In this document: positions 15,740 through 24,221 of the stretch, piece after piece
How the letters are laid out: every line of letters starts with the position of its first letter
Position numbering within the stretch: position 1 is the first letter of the stretch
Assembly (NCBI GenBank): GCA_016210485.1
Contig: JACQUD010000061.1
Coordinates: 1-58,691 of the forward strand
Origin: Chloroflexota bacterium
Lineage (GTDB): Bacteria; Chloroflexota; Dehalococcoidia; JACQUD01
Direction: 5' to 3'
DNA length: 58,691 nucleotides
Program-made: the position numbers and the translations under genes
Notes under the pieces: generated by a model
What the model saw: the letters and a program-made list of their open reading frames with translations, nothing else
Databases searched by the model: none
What the model was told of the DNA's origin: nothing

Positions 15740-15919
15740 CTAGCGGAGTAGCCGGGGAAGGACGAATAGCGAGGAGATGACTAAAATCCCGCCCAGGGCC
15801 ATGAGGGCTAGGCCCAGGAGAGGCTGGCGGCTCTCGGCAGCGCCCACCCAGACCCTCCACCCGGCTAGGCCCGCCGCTATCCCCAGGGGGAACAAGGCCC
15901 CGATTAACCACCTCTTCAT
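15740..15919 (-). CDS. Unlisted 59-aa two-TM mini-protein
   Basis: It is below the ORF-track length cut-off. The reverse complement gives MKRWLIGALFPLGIAAGLAGWRVWVGAAESRQPLLGLALMALGGILVISSLFVLPRLLR*. A GAGGAGG lies about 12 nt upstream, and an extended -10 (TGCTATAAT, 15950-15955) sits further upstream. Confidence 0.5.
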   Translation of the reverse strand: MKRWLIGALFPLGIAAGLAGWRVWVGAAESRQPLLGLALMALGGILVISSLFVLPRLLR

Positions 15920-16128
15920 GAGTGGAACTTGCCTCCTCGCTTTTGCCCCATTATAGCACGGGCGAGTGACGCTATGTATAGTTACTACGGCTGCGGTAAG
16001 GTTCGACGAGCTTAGTCGAGCCGCTCAGGATGAGGCATCAGAGTTAGTCAGGATTTCTCACTCCTGGTGATCCTGTATAGACAGGTGATGAGATAGAAAA
16101 ACGTTACTAAAATCCTGCCTAAGTGGTC

Positions 16129-16156
16129 TTGACAGCCCGATGGAAAGCCTTATAAT
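16129..16156 (+). promoter_or_regulatory. Near-consensus sigma70 promoter
   Basis: TTGACA (16129-16134), a 16-nt spacer and TATAAT (16151-16156). Confidence 0.6.
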
Positions 16157-16164
16157 TATGCGGA

Positions 16165-16248
16165 ATGGCTACGATATTCAGATCAGCCTTGAGCCACCCT
16201 GACGCTGGGGTGGCTTTTTTGTGTTCGGTATCTAGAAAGGTGGTATAG
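16165..16248 (+). CDS. Candidate leaderless 27-codon uORF spanning the leader terminator
   Basis: The ATG lies 8 nt after the -10 box. It encodes MATIFRSALSHPDAGVAFLCSVSRKVV*, and its TAG ends 1 nt before the ATG at 16250. Confidence 0.25.
   Translation: MATIFRSALSHPDAGVAFLCSVSRKVV
16192..16220 (+). terminator. Intrinsic terminator-like hairpin in the leader of the DUF47/PiT operon
   Basis: The 8-bp stem AGCCACCC / GGGTGGCT has an 8-nt loop and is followed by TTTTTT. Confidence 0.6.
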
Positions 16249-16249
16249 C

Positions 16250-16876
16250 ATGGTTGGGCATTTCTTACACCAGCGCGTCAATTTCTTCGATTTGCTGGAG
16301 AAGAGCTCGACTAATCTGCTCCAAGCCGCCAAGACACTTGTCGATTTAATGGAAGACTATCCCAGCCTTCAGCTGAAAGTGGCCGAGATCATGGAGCTGG
16401 AGCATCGTGGCGATACGCTGACACACCAGATTATGGAGCAACTTCATCTGATCTTTGTTACCCCCATAGATCGAGAGGACATCGTGTTGCTGACACAGCG
16501 GCTGGACGATGTCTTGGATGCCATCGAGGCAGGTGTTCAACTCTTGATCCTCTATAAAATTGAGCGACCCACAGAGCGGGCCAGGGAGCAGGCACGGCTC
16601 ATTCTCCGAGTGGTGGAGGCAGTCACCCTGGCTATGCAGCAGCTCCGTCAGCATCGCAAGTTGCGCCAGCTCCTGACTCACTGTGTAGAGATCAATACCC
16701 TGGAAAACGAGGCCGACCAGACCTATCGCCAGGCCCTGGCCGAGCTTTTCCAGGACTCCATGCCCATCATCGACATTATCAAGTGGCGGGAGATTTATGA
16801 GCTGTTCGAATCGGCGGTGGACAGGGCCGAGGACGTGGCCGATGTCCTGGAGGGCGTGGTCTTGAAGTATGCCTGA
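16250..16876 (+). CDS. DUF47 (PhoU-like, TIGR00153-type) phosphate-transport accessory protein
   Basis: 208 aa and all-helical. 'ELEHRGDTLTHQI...TPIDREDI' and 'LENEADQTYRQAL...' are the duplicated PhoU-like motifs. It is paired with a PiT transporter, which is the usual arrangement. Confidence 0.8.
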   Translation: MVGHFLHQRVNFFDLLEKSSTNLLQAAKTLVDLMEDYPSLQLKVAEIMELEHRGDTLTHQIMEQLHLIFVTPIDREDIVLLTQRLDDVLDAIEAGVQLLILYKIERPTERAREQARLILRVVEAVTLAMQQLRQHRKLRQLLTHCVEINTLENEADQTYRQALAELFQDSMPIIDIIKWREIYELFESAVDRAEDVADVLEGVVLKYA

Positions 16877-17056
16877 GTCCAGAGAACCAGAGCGTACACG
16901 CTTCCATAATGGGTGAGCTATCTGTTCTTCGCCGAGCCGTCGCCGTCCTGCTCTCGAGCGCTCGTTTTTGTGCCTCGCTAGCGCTTGGCACTGCTCTCGT
17001 GGCAAGAACGCCTATTGACTCTCAGCCGGTGAAGCTCGAAGCTGGGGGAGGAGTAC

Positions 17057-18067
17057 ATGGATACTAACAGTCTGTTCTTTATTGTCTCCATCATCATTGT
17101 GGCGTTGGTCTTTGACTTCACCAACGGTATGCATGATGCCGCGAACTCTATTTCCACCATTGTCTCCACCAAAGTGCTAACACCGCGTCAAGCTGTCCTG
17201 TGGGCCGCATTCTTTAACTTCGTCGCGTTTTTGATATTCGGCACTGCGGTGGCCAAGACGATCGGCAGTGGAATGATAAACATTCAGATGGTGACCACAA
17301 CGGTGGTCCTTGCCGGACTCCTGGGCGCTATAGCCTGGAACATCATTACCTGGTACTTGGGGCTTCCCAGCAGCTCGTCCCACGCCCTGATCGGAGGCTA
17401 TGCCGGAGCGGCCGTGGCCAAGGGTGGGTTGGAAGTTATCATCGCCGCTGGCTGGTACAAGACGTTGGTCTTCATTGTCCTGGCGCCCGTGATTGGGCTG
17501 ATCCTGGGAGCTCTGCTCGCGACTACAGTCACATGGATCTTATACTGGCGAAAAGTCAGCTTTGCCGCTGTGAACAAGTGGTCGAGAGTCGTGCAGCTAT
17601 TCTCCGCCGCGCTGTACAGCCTGGGGCACGGGGGGAACGATGCGCAGAAAACTATGGGCATCATCACCAGCCTACTTTTCGCCGGGGGGCTGATAACTGA
17701 GTTCAAAATACCTTTGTGGGTTGTTTTGAGTGCGCACGCCGCAATCGCTTTAGGCACCCTAAGCGGCGGCTGGAGAATCGTCAAGACAATGGGTCAGAAG
17801 ATCACCAAGTTGAGGCCGGTTGACGGTTCTTGTGCGGAGACGTCCGCTGCTGCCAGTATTTTCCTGGCCACGCATTTGGGTATTCCGGTTAGCACCACCC
17901 ATGTCATAACTGGAGCCATATCGGGGGTAGGTTCGGCCAGACGCTTGAAGGCAGTGAACTGGGGTGTGACTCGTCGTATTGTATGGGCCTGGGTCCTCAC
18001 CATACCCATGGCTGCCCTCATAGGTAGCGTCATATATACACTTATCAGGATTCTGGCCCAAGCCTGA
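17057..18067 (+). CDS. Inorganic phosphate transporter, PiT family
   Basis: 336 aa. 'FDFTNGMHDAANSISTIVST' and 'GHGGNDAQKTMGII' are the duplicated PHO4 signatures. Confidence 0.9.
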   Translation: MDTNSLFFIVSIIIVALVFDFTNGMHDAANSISTIVSTKVLTPRQAVLWAAFFNFVAFLIFGTAVAKTIGSGMINIQMVTTTVVLAGLLGAIAWNIITWYLGLPSSSSHALIGGYAGAAVAKGGLEVIIAAGWYKTLVFIVLAPVIGLILGALLATTVTWILYWRKVSFAAVNKWSRVVQLFSAALYSLGHGGNDAQKTMGIITSLLFAGGLITEFKIPLWVVLSAHAAIALGTLSGGWRIVKTMGQKITKLRPVDGSCAETSAAASIFLATHLGIPVSTTHVITGAISGVGSARRLKAVNWGVTRRIVWAWVLTIPMAALIGSVIYTLIRILAQA

Positions 18068-18184
18068 AAACCCGCGATGCATGGTTCAGACTCGGCCGGG
18101 TGTCGGCATGACCATTCGGATACCGCGAGTCACTGCAAACGCGCGGCTCTTCGGCAAGCTCGCCTGAACTGCTGCGCCCGAGTG

Positions 18185-20371
18185 CTACCCCAGCTTCTCT
18201 AGCTTGGCATAGCTCTGGAGGAGCCGTTTGACGCCGGCACCCTGGAAGGCCACCGTCACCTCCTGGTCATCTCCGGCGGGGAATACCGCCACCACCATCC
18301 CATCGCCGAAACGGCTATGGCGCACCCTATCTCCGGGTTTCAGTTCTGGTTCTGGTGGCGGTCTTTTGGGCTCTGGCTCCGCCAGCCCGGGCAGGGTCTT
18401 GGGGGAGGCCATCAAGTGGCGAGGGATGTCGGCCAGAAAGCGGGAAGGGGGATTGGGGGCGCTGCGCCCCTGGAAGGAGCGGCGGAAGACCCGTATCAGA
18501 TAGAGCCTCTCCCTGGCCCGGGTCATCCCCACGTAGCACAGCCGGCGCTCTTCCTCCATCTGAGCTGGGTCATCTAAGGAGCGTATGTGGGGCAGCAATC
18601 CCTCCTCCATGCCCACTATGAACACCACGGGGAACTCCAGGCCCTTGGCCTGGTGCAAGGTTATCAGGGTAACGGCCTCGGCCCGCTGGTCCAGGTCATC
18701 CACGTCGGAGACCAAGGCCACCCCCTCCAGGAAGGCGGCCAGGCCCTCCTCCGGGGCCAGATCACGGTGCTCTCCGGCCACGGTGCGCAGCTCCAGCACG
18801 TTCTCCCACCTCTCTTCCCCTTCCTTCTCGGCCTCGGATTCCAGGAGGTAGTCCTTGTAGCCCGTCTTCTTCAGGACCAGGTCCAGCAGAGAGACTGCGT
18901 CCAGCTCTTTGGAACTGGCTCTGAGATCTTCCATGAGATGCAGGAAATTCTCCAGGGCGCGCTTGGTGCGGGTCTGGAAGGGGAGGGGGGTATCGCCTCT
19001 CTCCAAGGCCTGGATGGCTGCGTAGAGGGAGAGGCCCTGGTTCTGTGCCCACAGGGATAGCTCCTCCACGGTGCGCTGCCCGATGCCCCGGCCCGGGACG
19101 TTGATGATGCGGGCCAGGCTGACGCTGTCAGCAGGGTTGTGGATGACCCGAAGATAGGCCAGGGCGTCCTTGACCTCGCGGCGCTCATAGAAGCGGGTGG
19201 CTCCTACCAGGCGGTAGGACATCCCGTAGCGCAGGAAGGTTTCCTCCAGGGCCCGGGACTGGGCGTTGGTGCGATACATCACGGCGCAGTCGCCAGCTTT
19301 GTAGTGCTCTTGGCTCATGAGCCTCTCCACCTCGGCCACCACGAAGTGGGCCTCCTCGCCCTCGTCATAGACCTCGACCGCAACGATGGGTACGCCCTCC
19401 GGGTTAGCTGTCCAGAGCTGGGTGGGTTTGCGCTCCAGGTTGAGGGAGATGACATGGCTGGCCGCCTCTAGGATGGTCTTGGTGGAGCGATAGTTCTGCT
19501 CCAGATAGACCACCTTGGCCTCGGGGTAGTCTCGCTCGAAGCTCAGAATATTCCGGAGGTCGGCGAAGCGCCAGGAGAAGATGGACTGGTCGGGGTCGCC
19601 CACCACGCAGATGTTGCGGTGTTTGGCCGCTAGGAGCTTGGCTAGCTCATACTGAGCGATATTGGTATCTTGGAACTCGTCTATGAGAAGGTGAACGTAG
19701 CGGCCCTGATACTGGGCGGCGATGTCGGGATGCTGGCGGAAGAGGAGGACAGGAAGCATGATGAGGTCGTCGAAGTCCACAGCCTTGGCCTCCTGGAGGC
19801 GGCCTTGGTAGCGCTCATAGACTCGATTATAGACTTCCTCCGTGTGAGAGCAGACCAGGCTGGAGGCATCTCCAGGGGTGAGGAGACGGCTCTTGGCCTC
19901 GGAGATGTGGCTCTGGGCAGCCCGGGGTGGGTAGCGCTTGGGGTCCAGGCTCAATTCCTGGAGGCAGGCTTTAAGGAGACGTATTTGGTCGTCGTCATCG
20001 TAGATGGTGAAACTTTGGTCTAGACCGATAGCAGTGCCATCCATACGGAGAAGCTTGGCGCCGAAGGCGTGAAATGTGGTCACTGTTAGACCCTGGTTTC
20101 GTACCTCCCATCCAAGAAGTGGAGCGGACTGGTCTTTTTCGCTCATGCCGAAAAGCCGGTTCTTCATTTCCTGGGCTGCCTTGTTAGTGAAGGTAACGGC
20201 CAGAATGTGCCAGGGATTCACATGCCGTTGGCGCACCAGGTAGGCGATGCGGTGGGTGATGGCCCGGGTCTTGCCGCTGCCTGGCCCGGCCAGGATGAGG
20301 AGGGGGCCATCGGGGGCTTGCACGGCCTCTCGCTGAGGGGGATTCAGACTGTTAATAACGTCAGCGACCAT
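18185..20371 (-). CDS. pcrA: ATP-dependent DNA helicase PcrA/UvrD
   Basis: 728 aa. Motifs seen are 'LNPPQREAVQAPDGPLLILAGPGSGKT', 'DEFQDTN' and 'VTLITLHQAKGLEFPVVF'. Confidence 0.9.
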   Translation of the reverse strand: MVADVINSLNPPQREAVQAPDGPLLILAGPGSGKTRAITHRIAYLVRQRHVNPWHILAVTFTNKAAQEMKNRLFGMSEKDQSAPLLGWEVRNQGLTVTTFHAFGAKLLRMDGTAIGLDQSFTIYDDDDQIRLLKACLQELSLDPKRYPPRAAQSHISEAKSRLLTPGDASSLVCSHTEEVYNRVYERYQGRLQEAKAVDFDDLIMLPVLLFRQHPDIAAQYQGRYVHLLIDEFQDTNIAQYELAKLLAAKHRNICVVGDPDQSIFSWRFADLRNILSFERDYPEAKVVYLEQNYRSTKTILEAASHVISLNLERKPTQLWTANPEGVPIVAVEVYDEGEEAHFVVAEVERLMSQEHYKAGDCAVMYRTNAQSRALEETFLRYGMSYRLVGATRFYERREVKDALAYLRVIHNPADSVSLARIINVPGRGIGQRTVEELSLWAQNQGLSLYAAIQALERGDTPLPFQTRTKRALENFLHLMEDLRASSKELDAVSLLDLVLKKTGYKDYLLESEAEKEGEERWENVLELRTVAGEHRDLAPEEGLAAFLEGVALVSDVDDLDQRAEAVTLITLHQAKGLEFPVVFIVGMEEGLLPHIRSLDDPAQMEEERRLCYVGMTRARERLYLIRVFRRSFQGRSAPNPPSRFLADIPRHLMASPKTLPGLAEPEPKRPPPEPELKPGDRVRHSRFGDGMVVAVFPAGDDQEVTVAFQGAGVKRLLQSYAKLEKLG

Positions 20372-20392
20372 GGGAAAAGTAGGTCAGTAAAT

Positions 20393-21307
20393 TCAGTAAA
20401 TATAGAACGGCCTATCGTCGGCGATGACCGTCTTCTCTTGGGCCAGCCGCTCTCGATGGCACTTGGGTAGGTGAAACATCCCACGATGGGCCAGGCCATC
20501 ATAGAATCGTAAGGGGTGAGACAGGCGCGCCTCCAGGCGAGCGTCTACCTCCTGGGGCGAGAGGGACAGGGGGTCCGGCCCCAGGGAGGCCAGAGTAAAG
20601 CCCCACAGCCCCCCGAAGGAGGGCACCTCGGCGGCATAGGGATAGACCTGGGGGAAGATGCTCCTCAGGGTGCTGGCGATGGCGGTGAAGCATTCTATTC
20701 GGCCATAGGAAGCGCCGCCGGACTGGACTACAACGATGCCGCCCAGCTCCAGCCTCTCCCGGACCAGGGCGTAGAACTCCCTGGTGAAGAGCTTGTAGGC
20801 CGGCCCCGCCTCCACAGGCTCGGGGAGGTCCAGTATGATAGCGTGGAACCGCTCCTTCGTCTGTTCCAGATAGCCCCGGGCATCTTCTAATCGTAGCTCC
20901 AGGCGTGGGTCATCGAAGGCACCCCGGTGGTGATTGGGGAGGAGGCGACGGCACAGGTCCACCACCTCGCCATCTATGTCCACCATGATGGCCCGGCGCA
21001 CCGAGCGGTGAGCCAGCACCTCCCGGATGGTGGCCCCCTCCCCACCTCCGGCCACGAAGACCTTCTCCGGCCGCGGGTGGCAAGCCAGGGCGGGGTGGAC
21101 CAACGCCTCGTGGTAGATGAACTCGTCGGCCTCGCTGCTCTGGAGCTTGCCGTCCAAGATCAAACAACGCCCGAAGCTGCCCGTCTCGATGACCTCAGCC
21201 TCCTGGTAGCGAGTTCGTATGGCATAGACAATGCCCTTGAGGCTATGCAATTGGGTGAAGTCAGGGGTTATGGGGTCGTGGAACCAATTATGCTTGGCCT
21301 CTGTCAT
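20393..21307 (-). CDS. speE: Spermidine synthase
   Basis: ORF track extends to 21487. I trimmed it to 'MTEAKHNWFHDP...', which overlaps the speH stop as ATGA. Motifs seen are 'LDGKLQSSEADEFIYHEALVHP' and 'VAGGGEGATIREVL'. Confidence 0.85.
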   Translation of the reverse strand: MTEAKHNWFHDPITPDFTQLHSLKGIVYAIRTRYQEAEVIETGSFGRCLILDGKLQSSEADEFIYHEALVHPALACHPRPEKVFVAGGGEGATIREVLAHRSVRRAIMVDIDGEVVDLCRRLLPNHHRGAFDDPRLELRLEDARGYLEQTKERFHAIILDLPEPVEAGPAYKLFTREFYALVRERLELGGIVVVQSGGASYGRIECFTAIASTLRSIFPQVYPYAAEVPSFGGLWGFTLASLGPDPLSLSPQEVDARLEARLSHPLRFYDGLAHRGMFHLPKCHRERLAQEKTVIADDRPFYIY

Positions 21308-21693
21308 GGCATTCGCTTCGGCTGTATGAGTGCTCTCTCGGCGGAAGGTATCACCCCCCGGCTCATCTCGATGGCGGCGGGGTTCTTCGCCCGTAGCTCC
21401 TCGATGATGAGCTGGGCCGCCGCCTCGAAGTGAACAGAATCGCCGCAAGTGAAAATATCCACCGCGGCGTAGCCGTGCTCCGGCCAAGTGTGGATAGCCA
21501 AATGGGATTCGGCGACGAAGAGGATGCCACTCACTCCCTGGGGCTCGAAGCGGTGGAAAGACTCGCCCAGTACAGTAACCCCTAGCTCCTGGGCTGCCCG
21601 GTGAAGCGCCCTCCTGAGAAAAGGCTGGTCATCCAGGACGGCCCGGTCGCAATCCCTGAGCTCCAATACCAAATGCTTAGCTAGCGCATACAA
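21304..21693 (-). CDS. speH: S-adenosylmethionine decarboxylase proenzyme (pyruvoyl type, SpeH)
   Basis: 129 aa. 'VAESHLAIHTWPEHGYAAVDIFTCG' contains the ES/H self-cleavage site. Confidence 0.85.
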   Translation of the reverse strand: MYALAKHLVLELRDCDRAVLDDQPFLRRALHRAAQELGVTVLGESFHRFEPQGVSGILFVAESHLAIHTWPEHGYAAVDIFTCGDSVHFEAAAQLIIEELRAKNPAAIEMSRGVIPSAERALIQPKRMP

Positions 21694-21801
21694 TCACCCG
21701 CCTCCCTATGTAGTAGCCAGCCTTGAATACTGGCCCACCACATTTTATCCGTCTTTTTATTATGGGGTCAAGGGAGAGGCAGAAATCCTCCTGCTTTTTC
21801 C

Positions 21802-21831
21802 TTGACACTCGTATCCTCCTTCCGCTAGAAT
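21802..21831 (+). promoter_or_regulatory. Sigma70-like promoter of rplU-rpmA-rpmE
   Basis: TTGACA (21802-21807), an 18-nt spacer and TAGAAT (21826-21831). Confidence 0.5.
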
Positions 21832-21865
21832 AGGTTAGTTGTCTGAAGATTAACAGGAGGGTGCT

Positions 21866-22210
21866 ATTTACGCCATCGTTGAGGCCAGCGGGAAGCAGTT
21901 CAAAGTGGCCCCTGGCGATGTTATAGATGTGGATATCCCAGCCCAGGAGGGGGACACCCTGGAGTTGGACAGGGTTTTGCTGGTATCCGATGACAAGGGA
22001 GTCCGGATGGGCACCCCCACCCTTTCTGGGGCCAGGGTGGTGGCCTCGGTGGTGGGGCGGGTCAAGGGAGAGAAAATCCAGGTTATGAAGTTCAAGGCCA
22101 AGGTGAGGTATCATAAGAAGACAGGGCACCGTCAGTCCTATACCCGGCTGGAGATCAAGGACATCAAGCTAGCCCCGGCACGGGGAAGGAAAAAAGAGGA
22201 TGGCGCATAA
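21866..22210 (+). CDS. rplU: 50S ribosomal protein L21, apparently initiating at ATT
   Basis: The ORF track starts at the GTG at 21905 ('APGDVIDVD'). The 13 codons upstream encode '(I)[13 protein letters not shown]', the conserved L21 N-terminus. An in-frame TAA at 21851 leaves no ATG/GTG/TTG available, and AGGAGG lies 5 nt before the ATT at 21866. Confidence 0.75.
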   Translation: MYAIVEASGKQFKVAPGDVIDVDIPAQEGDTLELDRVLLVSDDKGVRMGTPTLSGARVVASVVGRVKGEKIQVMKFKAKVRYHKKTGHRQSYTRLEIKDIKLAPARGRKKEDGA

Positions 22211-22466
22211 GAAGGGCGGAGGCTCAAGCCATTTAGGCCGAGATAGCCAGTCCAAGCGACTGGGGGTGAAGCGTTTTGACTCCCAACTAATTCGAGCCGG
22301 GACTATCATCGTCCGTCAGAGGGGGACTCGCATTGAGCCTGGCACCAACGTGGGCTTGGGCAAGGACCATACCCTGTTCGCCCTGGTGGACGGAAGGGTC
22401 AAGTTCCAAATTGCGGCCAAGACGGGCAAGAAAAGGGTGAACATCCTGGCTGAGCAAACGGGATAG
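22200..22466 (+). CDS. rpmA: 50S ribosomal protein L27
   Basis: '[10 protein letters not shown]...[15 protein letters not shown]'. Confidence 0.95.
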   Translation: MAHKKGGGSSHLGRDSQSKRLGVKRFDSQLIRAGTIIVRQRGTRIEPGTNVGLGKDHTLFALVDGRVKFQIAAKTGKKRVNILAEQTG

Positions 22467-22469
22467 GAT

Positions 22470-22679
22470 ATGAGAGAGAAGATTCATCCCGCTTATTATC
22501 CTGAAGCCAGAGTTACTTGTGCCTGCGGCAACACCTTCGTCACCGGGGCCACCAAGCCCCTCATCAAGGTGGAGGTGTGTTACAAATGCCACCCCTTCTT
22601 CACCGGAGAGCAGCGCCTGATGGACACCGCAGGCCAGGTGGAGCGCTTCGAACGGCGCTATAAGAAAATGGCTCGCTGA
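22470..22679 (+). CDS. rpmE: 50S ribosomal protein L31 (Cys-containing form)
   Basis: 'MREKIHPAYY...CACGNTF...CYKCHPFFTG'. Confidence 0.95.
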   Translation: MREKIHPAYYPEARVTCACGNTFVTGATKPLIKVEVCYKCHPFFTGEQRLMDTAGQVERFERRYKKMAR

Positions 22680-22745
22680 GGGCGCTGCCAGTGGATGGGT
22701 ATGGAGCGGGCTGCCCCGCTCCTTTTCTATTATTGGAGATAGAGT

Positions 22746-23726
22746 TTGGCTAAGCCTTTCTTCTACGGGGGGCAGGCGGTCCTGGAAGGGGTGATGATCC
22801 GGGGCCGCCGGGCCATGGTGGTGGCGGTGCGCTGCCCCGATGGCAGCATCGGCCTGCACCGGGAACCCCTGGCCCCCTGGGCCGTGGGCCGGTTTAGGGA
22901 GATCCCTCTAGTTCGGGGCGTCATTGTCCTGGCCGAGACCCTGGTCCTGGGCACCAAGGCCCTTTTCTACTCGGCCAACGCTGCCTTGGGAGAGGGAGAG
23001 GAACTAAAGCCAGTAGCCCTCTGGCCCATGCTCGTCATGGCCCTGGCCCTGGTGGTGGGCCTTTTCTTTGTGGTGCCCCTATTTGTGGTGAGCCAACTCG
23101 ACCGGCATATCGCCTCCGACGTAACCAGCAACTTGGCGGAGGGAGGCCTGCGACTGGCCATCTTCCTGCTCTACCTCAAAGCCATAAGCCTCGTCCCCGA
23201 CATTAAAAGGGTCTTCGCCTATCACGGGGCGGAGCACAAAGCCGTCAACGCCTTTGAGGGCGGGGCTAACCTGGACGTGACGGAGGTGCAGAGATATTCG
23301 ACGGCCCACCTGCGCTGCGGCACTGCCTTTCTGCTCATCGTCCTGGTGGTGGCCCTCCTGGCCTTCGCCTTCCTGGGCCGACCTCCCCTCTGGCTCCGTC
23401 TCCTCTCCAGGGTGGCACTTCTCCCCGTCATCGCCGCTGTGAGCTACGAGCTTCTGCGCCTCAGCGCCAGCCTGGGGAGGCAGCGCCTGGTGAGGCTAAT
23501 CATGGCCCCCGGCCTTCTCCTCCAGAGTCTGACCACCCGCCAGCCCGATGATGCCCAGGTGGAGGTGGCTTTAAGGGCGCTCAGGGGCGCCCTGGAGGCC
23601 GACGGCCTAGCGCCGGCGGGCTCGCAGCTCCCGCCAGACGGCCTCGGGGTCGAGGCCCCGGGCGGCCAGCAAGATGAGGGCGTGAAAGAAGAGGTCGGCG
23701 GCCTCGGCGGCCAGGCGCTCCGGTGA
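22746..23726 (+). CDS. DUF1385 family membrane protein
   Basis: TTG start. '[16 protein letters not shown]' and '[15 protein letters not shown]' are DUF1385 signatures. The last ~40 codons run antisense into hisIE. Confidence 0.8.
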   Translation: MAKPFFYGGQAVLEGVMIRGRRAMVVAVRCPDGSIGLHREPLAPWAVGRFREIPLVRGVIVLAETLVLGTKALFYSANAALGEGEELKPVALWPMLVMALALVVGLFFVVPLFVVSQLDRHIASDVTSNLAEGGLRLAIFLLYLKAISLVPDIKRVFAYHGAEHKAVNAFEGGANLDVTEVQRYSTAHLRCGTAFLLIVLVVALLAFAFLGRPPLWLRLLSRVALLPVIAAVSYELLRLSASLGRQRLVRLIMAPGLLLQSLTTRQPDDAQVEVALRALRGALEADGLAPAGSQLPPDGLGVEAPGGQQDEGVKEEVGGLGGQALR

Positions 23727-24218
23727 CTCGTCCTTGGCCAGGGCCACCTCCCCCGCCTCCTCGATGACTTTCTGAGCGACTTTGCTCACCCCTGACTCCA
23801 GCAGGGAGGCCACGTAGCTCCCCTGGGGCTTCAGCGCCTTCCGCTCCAGGATGACCCGGTATATCTCGTCCAGGATGTCTGGCCCCCGGGCCTCTCCTTT
23901 TTCGGCCTCGGCGGACTTCACCTCGTTGAAGAAGCAGCTTTGCGCCCCGGTGTGGCACACGGGACCGGAAGGCTCCACCTGGAGGAGGAGGGCGTCCTGG
24001 TCGCAGTCGGCGACGATGCCCTTGAGGTGGAGGTAGGAGCCGGAGGTGGCGCCTTTGTGCCAGAGCTCCTGACGGCTGCGGCTGTAGAACCAGACCTGGC
24101 CCTGCTCCAGGGTGCGGCGCAATGCCTCGGCGTCCATGTAGCCCAGCATGAGCACCTGATGCGTCCTGGCGTCCTGGATTATGGCTGGGATGAGGCCGTT
24201 TTCAGCGAGTTTAAGCAT
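23607..24218 (-). CDS. hisI: Bifunctional phosphoribosyl-AMP cyclohydrolase / phosphoribosyl-ATP pyrophosphatase
   Basis: 203 aa. '[22 protein letters not shown]...[10 protein letters not shown]' is the HisI part, followed by a HisE-like helical C-terminus. Confidence 0.9.
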   Translation of the reverse strand: MLKLAENGLIPAIIQDARTHQVLMLGYMDAEALRRTLEQGQVWFYSRSRQELWHKGATSGSYLHLKGIVADCDQDALLLQVEPSGPVCHTGAQSCFFNEVKSAEAEKGEARGPDILDEIYRVILERKALKPQGSYVASLLESGVSKVAQKVIEEAGEVALAKDESPERLAAEAADLFFHALILLAARGLDPEAVWRELRARRR

Positions 24219-24221
24219 AGG

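Noticed and set aside
20393-21487. N-terminal extensions proposed by the longest-ORF rule. This entry also covers 25495..26331, 26280..27506, 38064..39191, 52276..54042, 47443..49008 and 6894..7499.
   Set aside because: In each case the conserved protein N-terminus begins at an internal ATG that has an RBS or a stop/start overlap with the upstream gene. The extension either overlaps that upstream gene or is Arg/Gly/Pro-rich.
21677-22129. 150-aa minus-strand ORF
   Set aside because: It overlaps the rplU promoter, RBS and coding region in antisense. It has no RBS and no recognisable motif.
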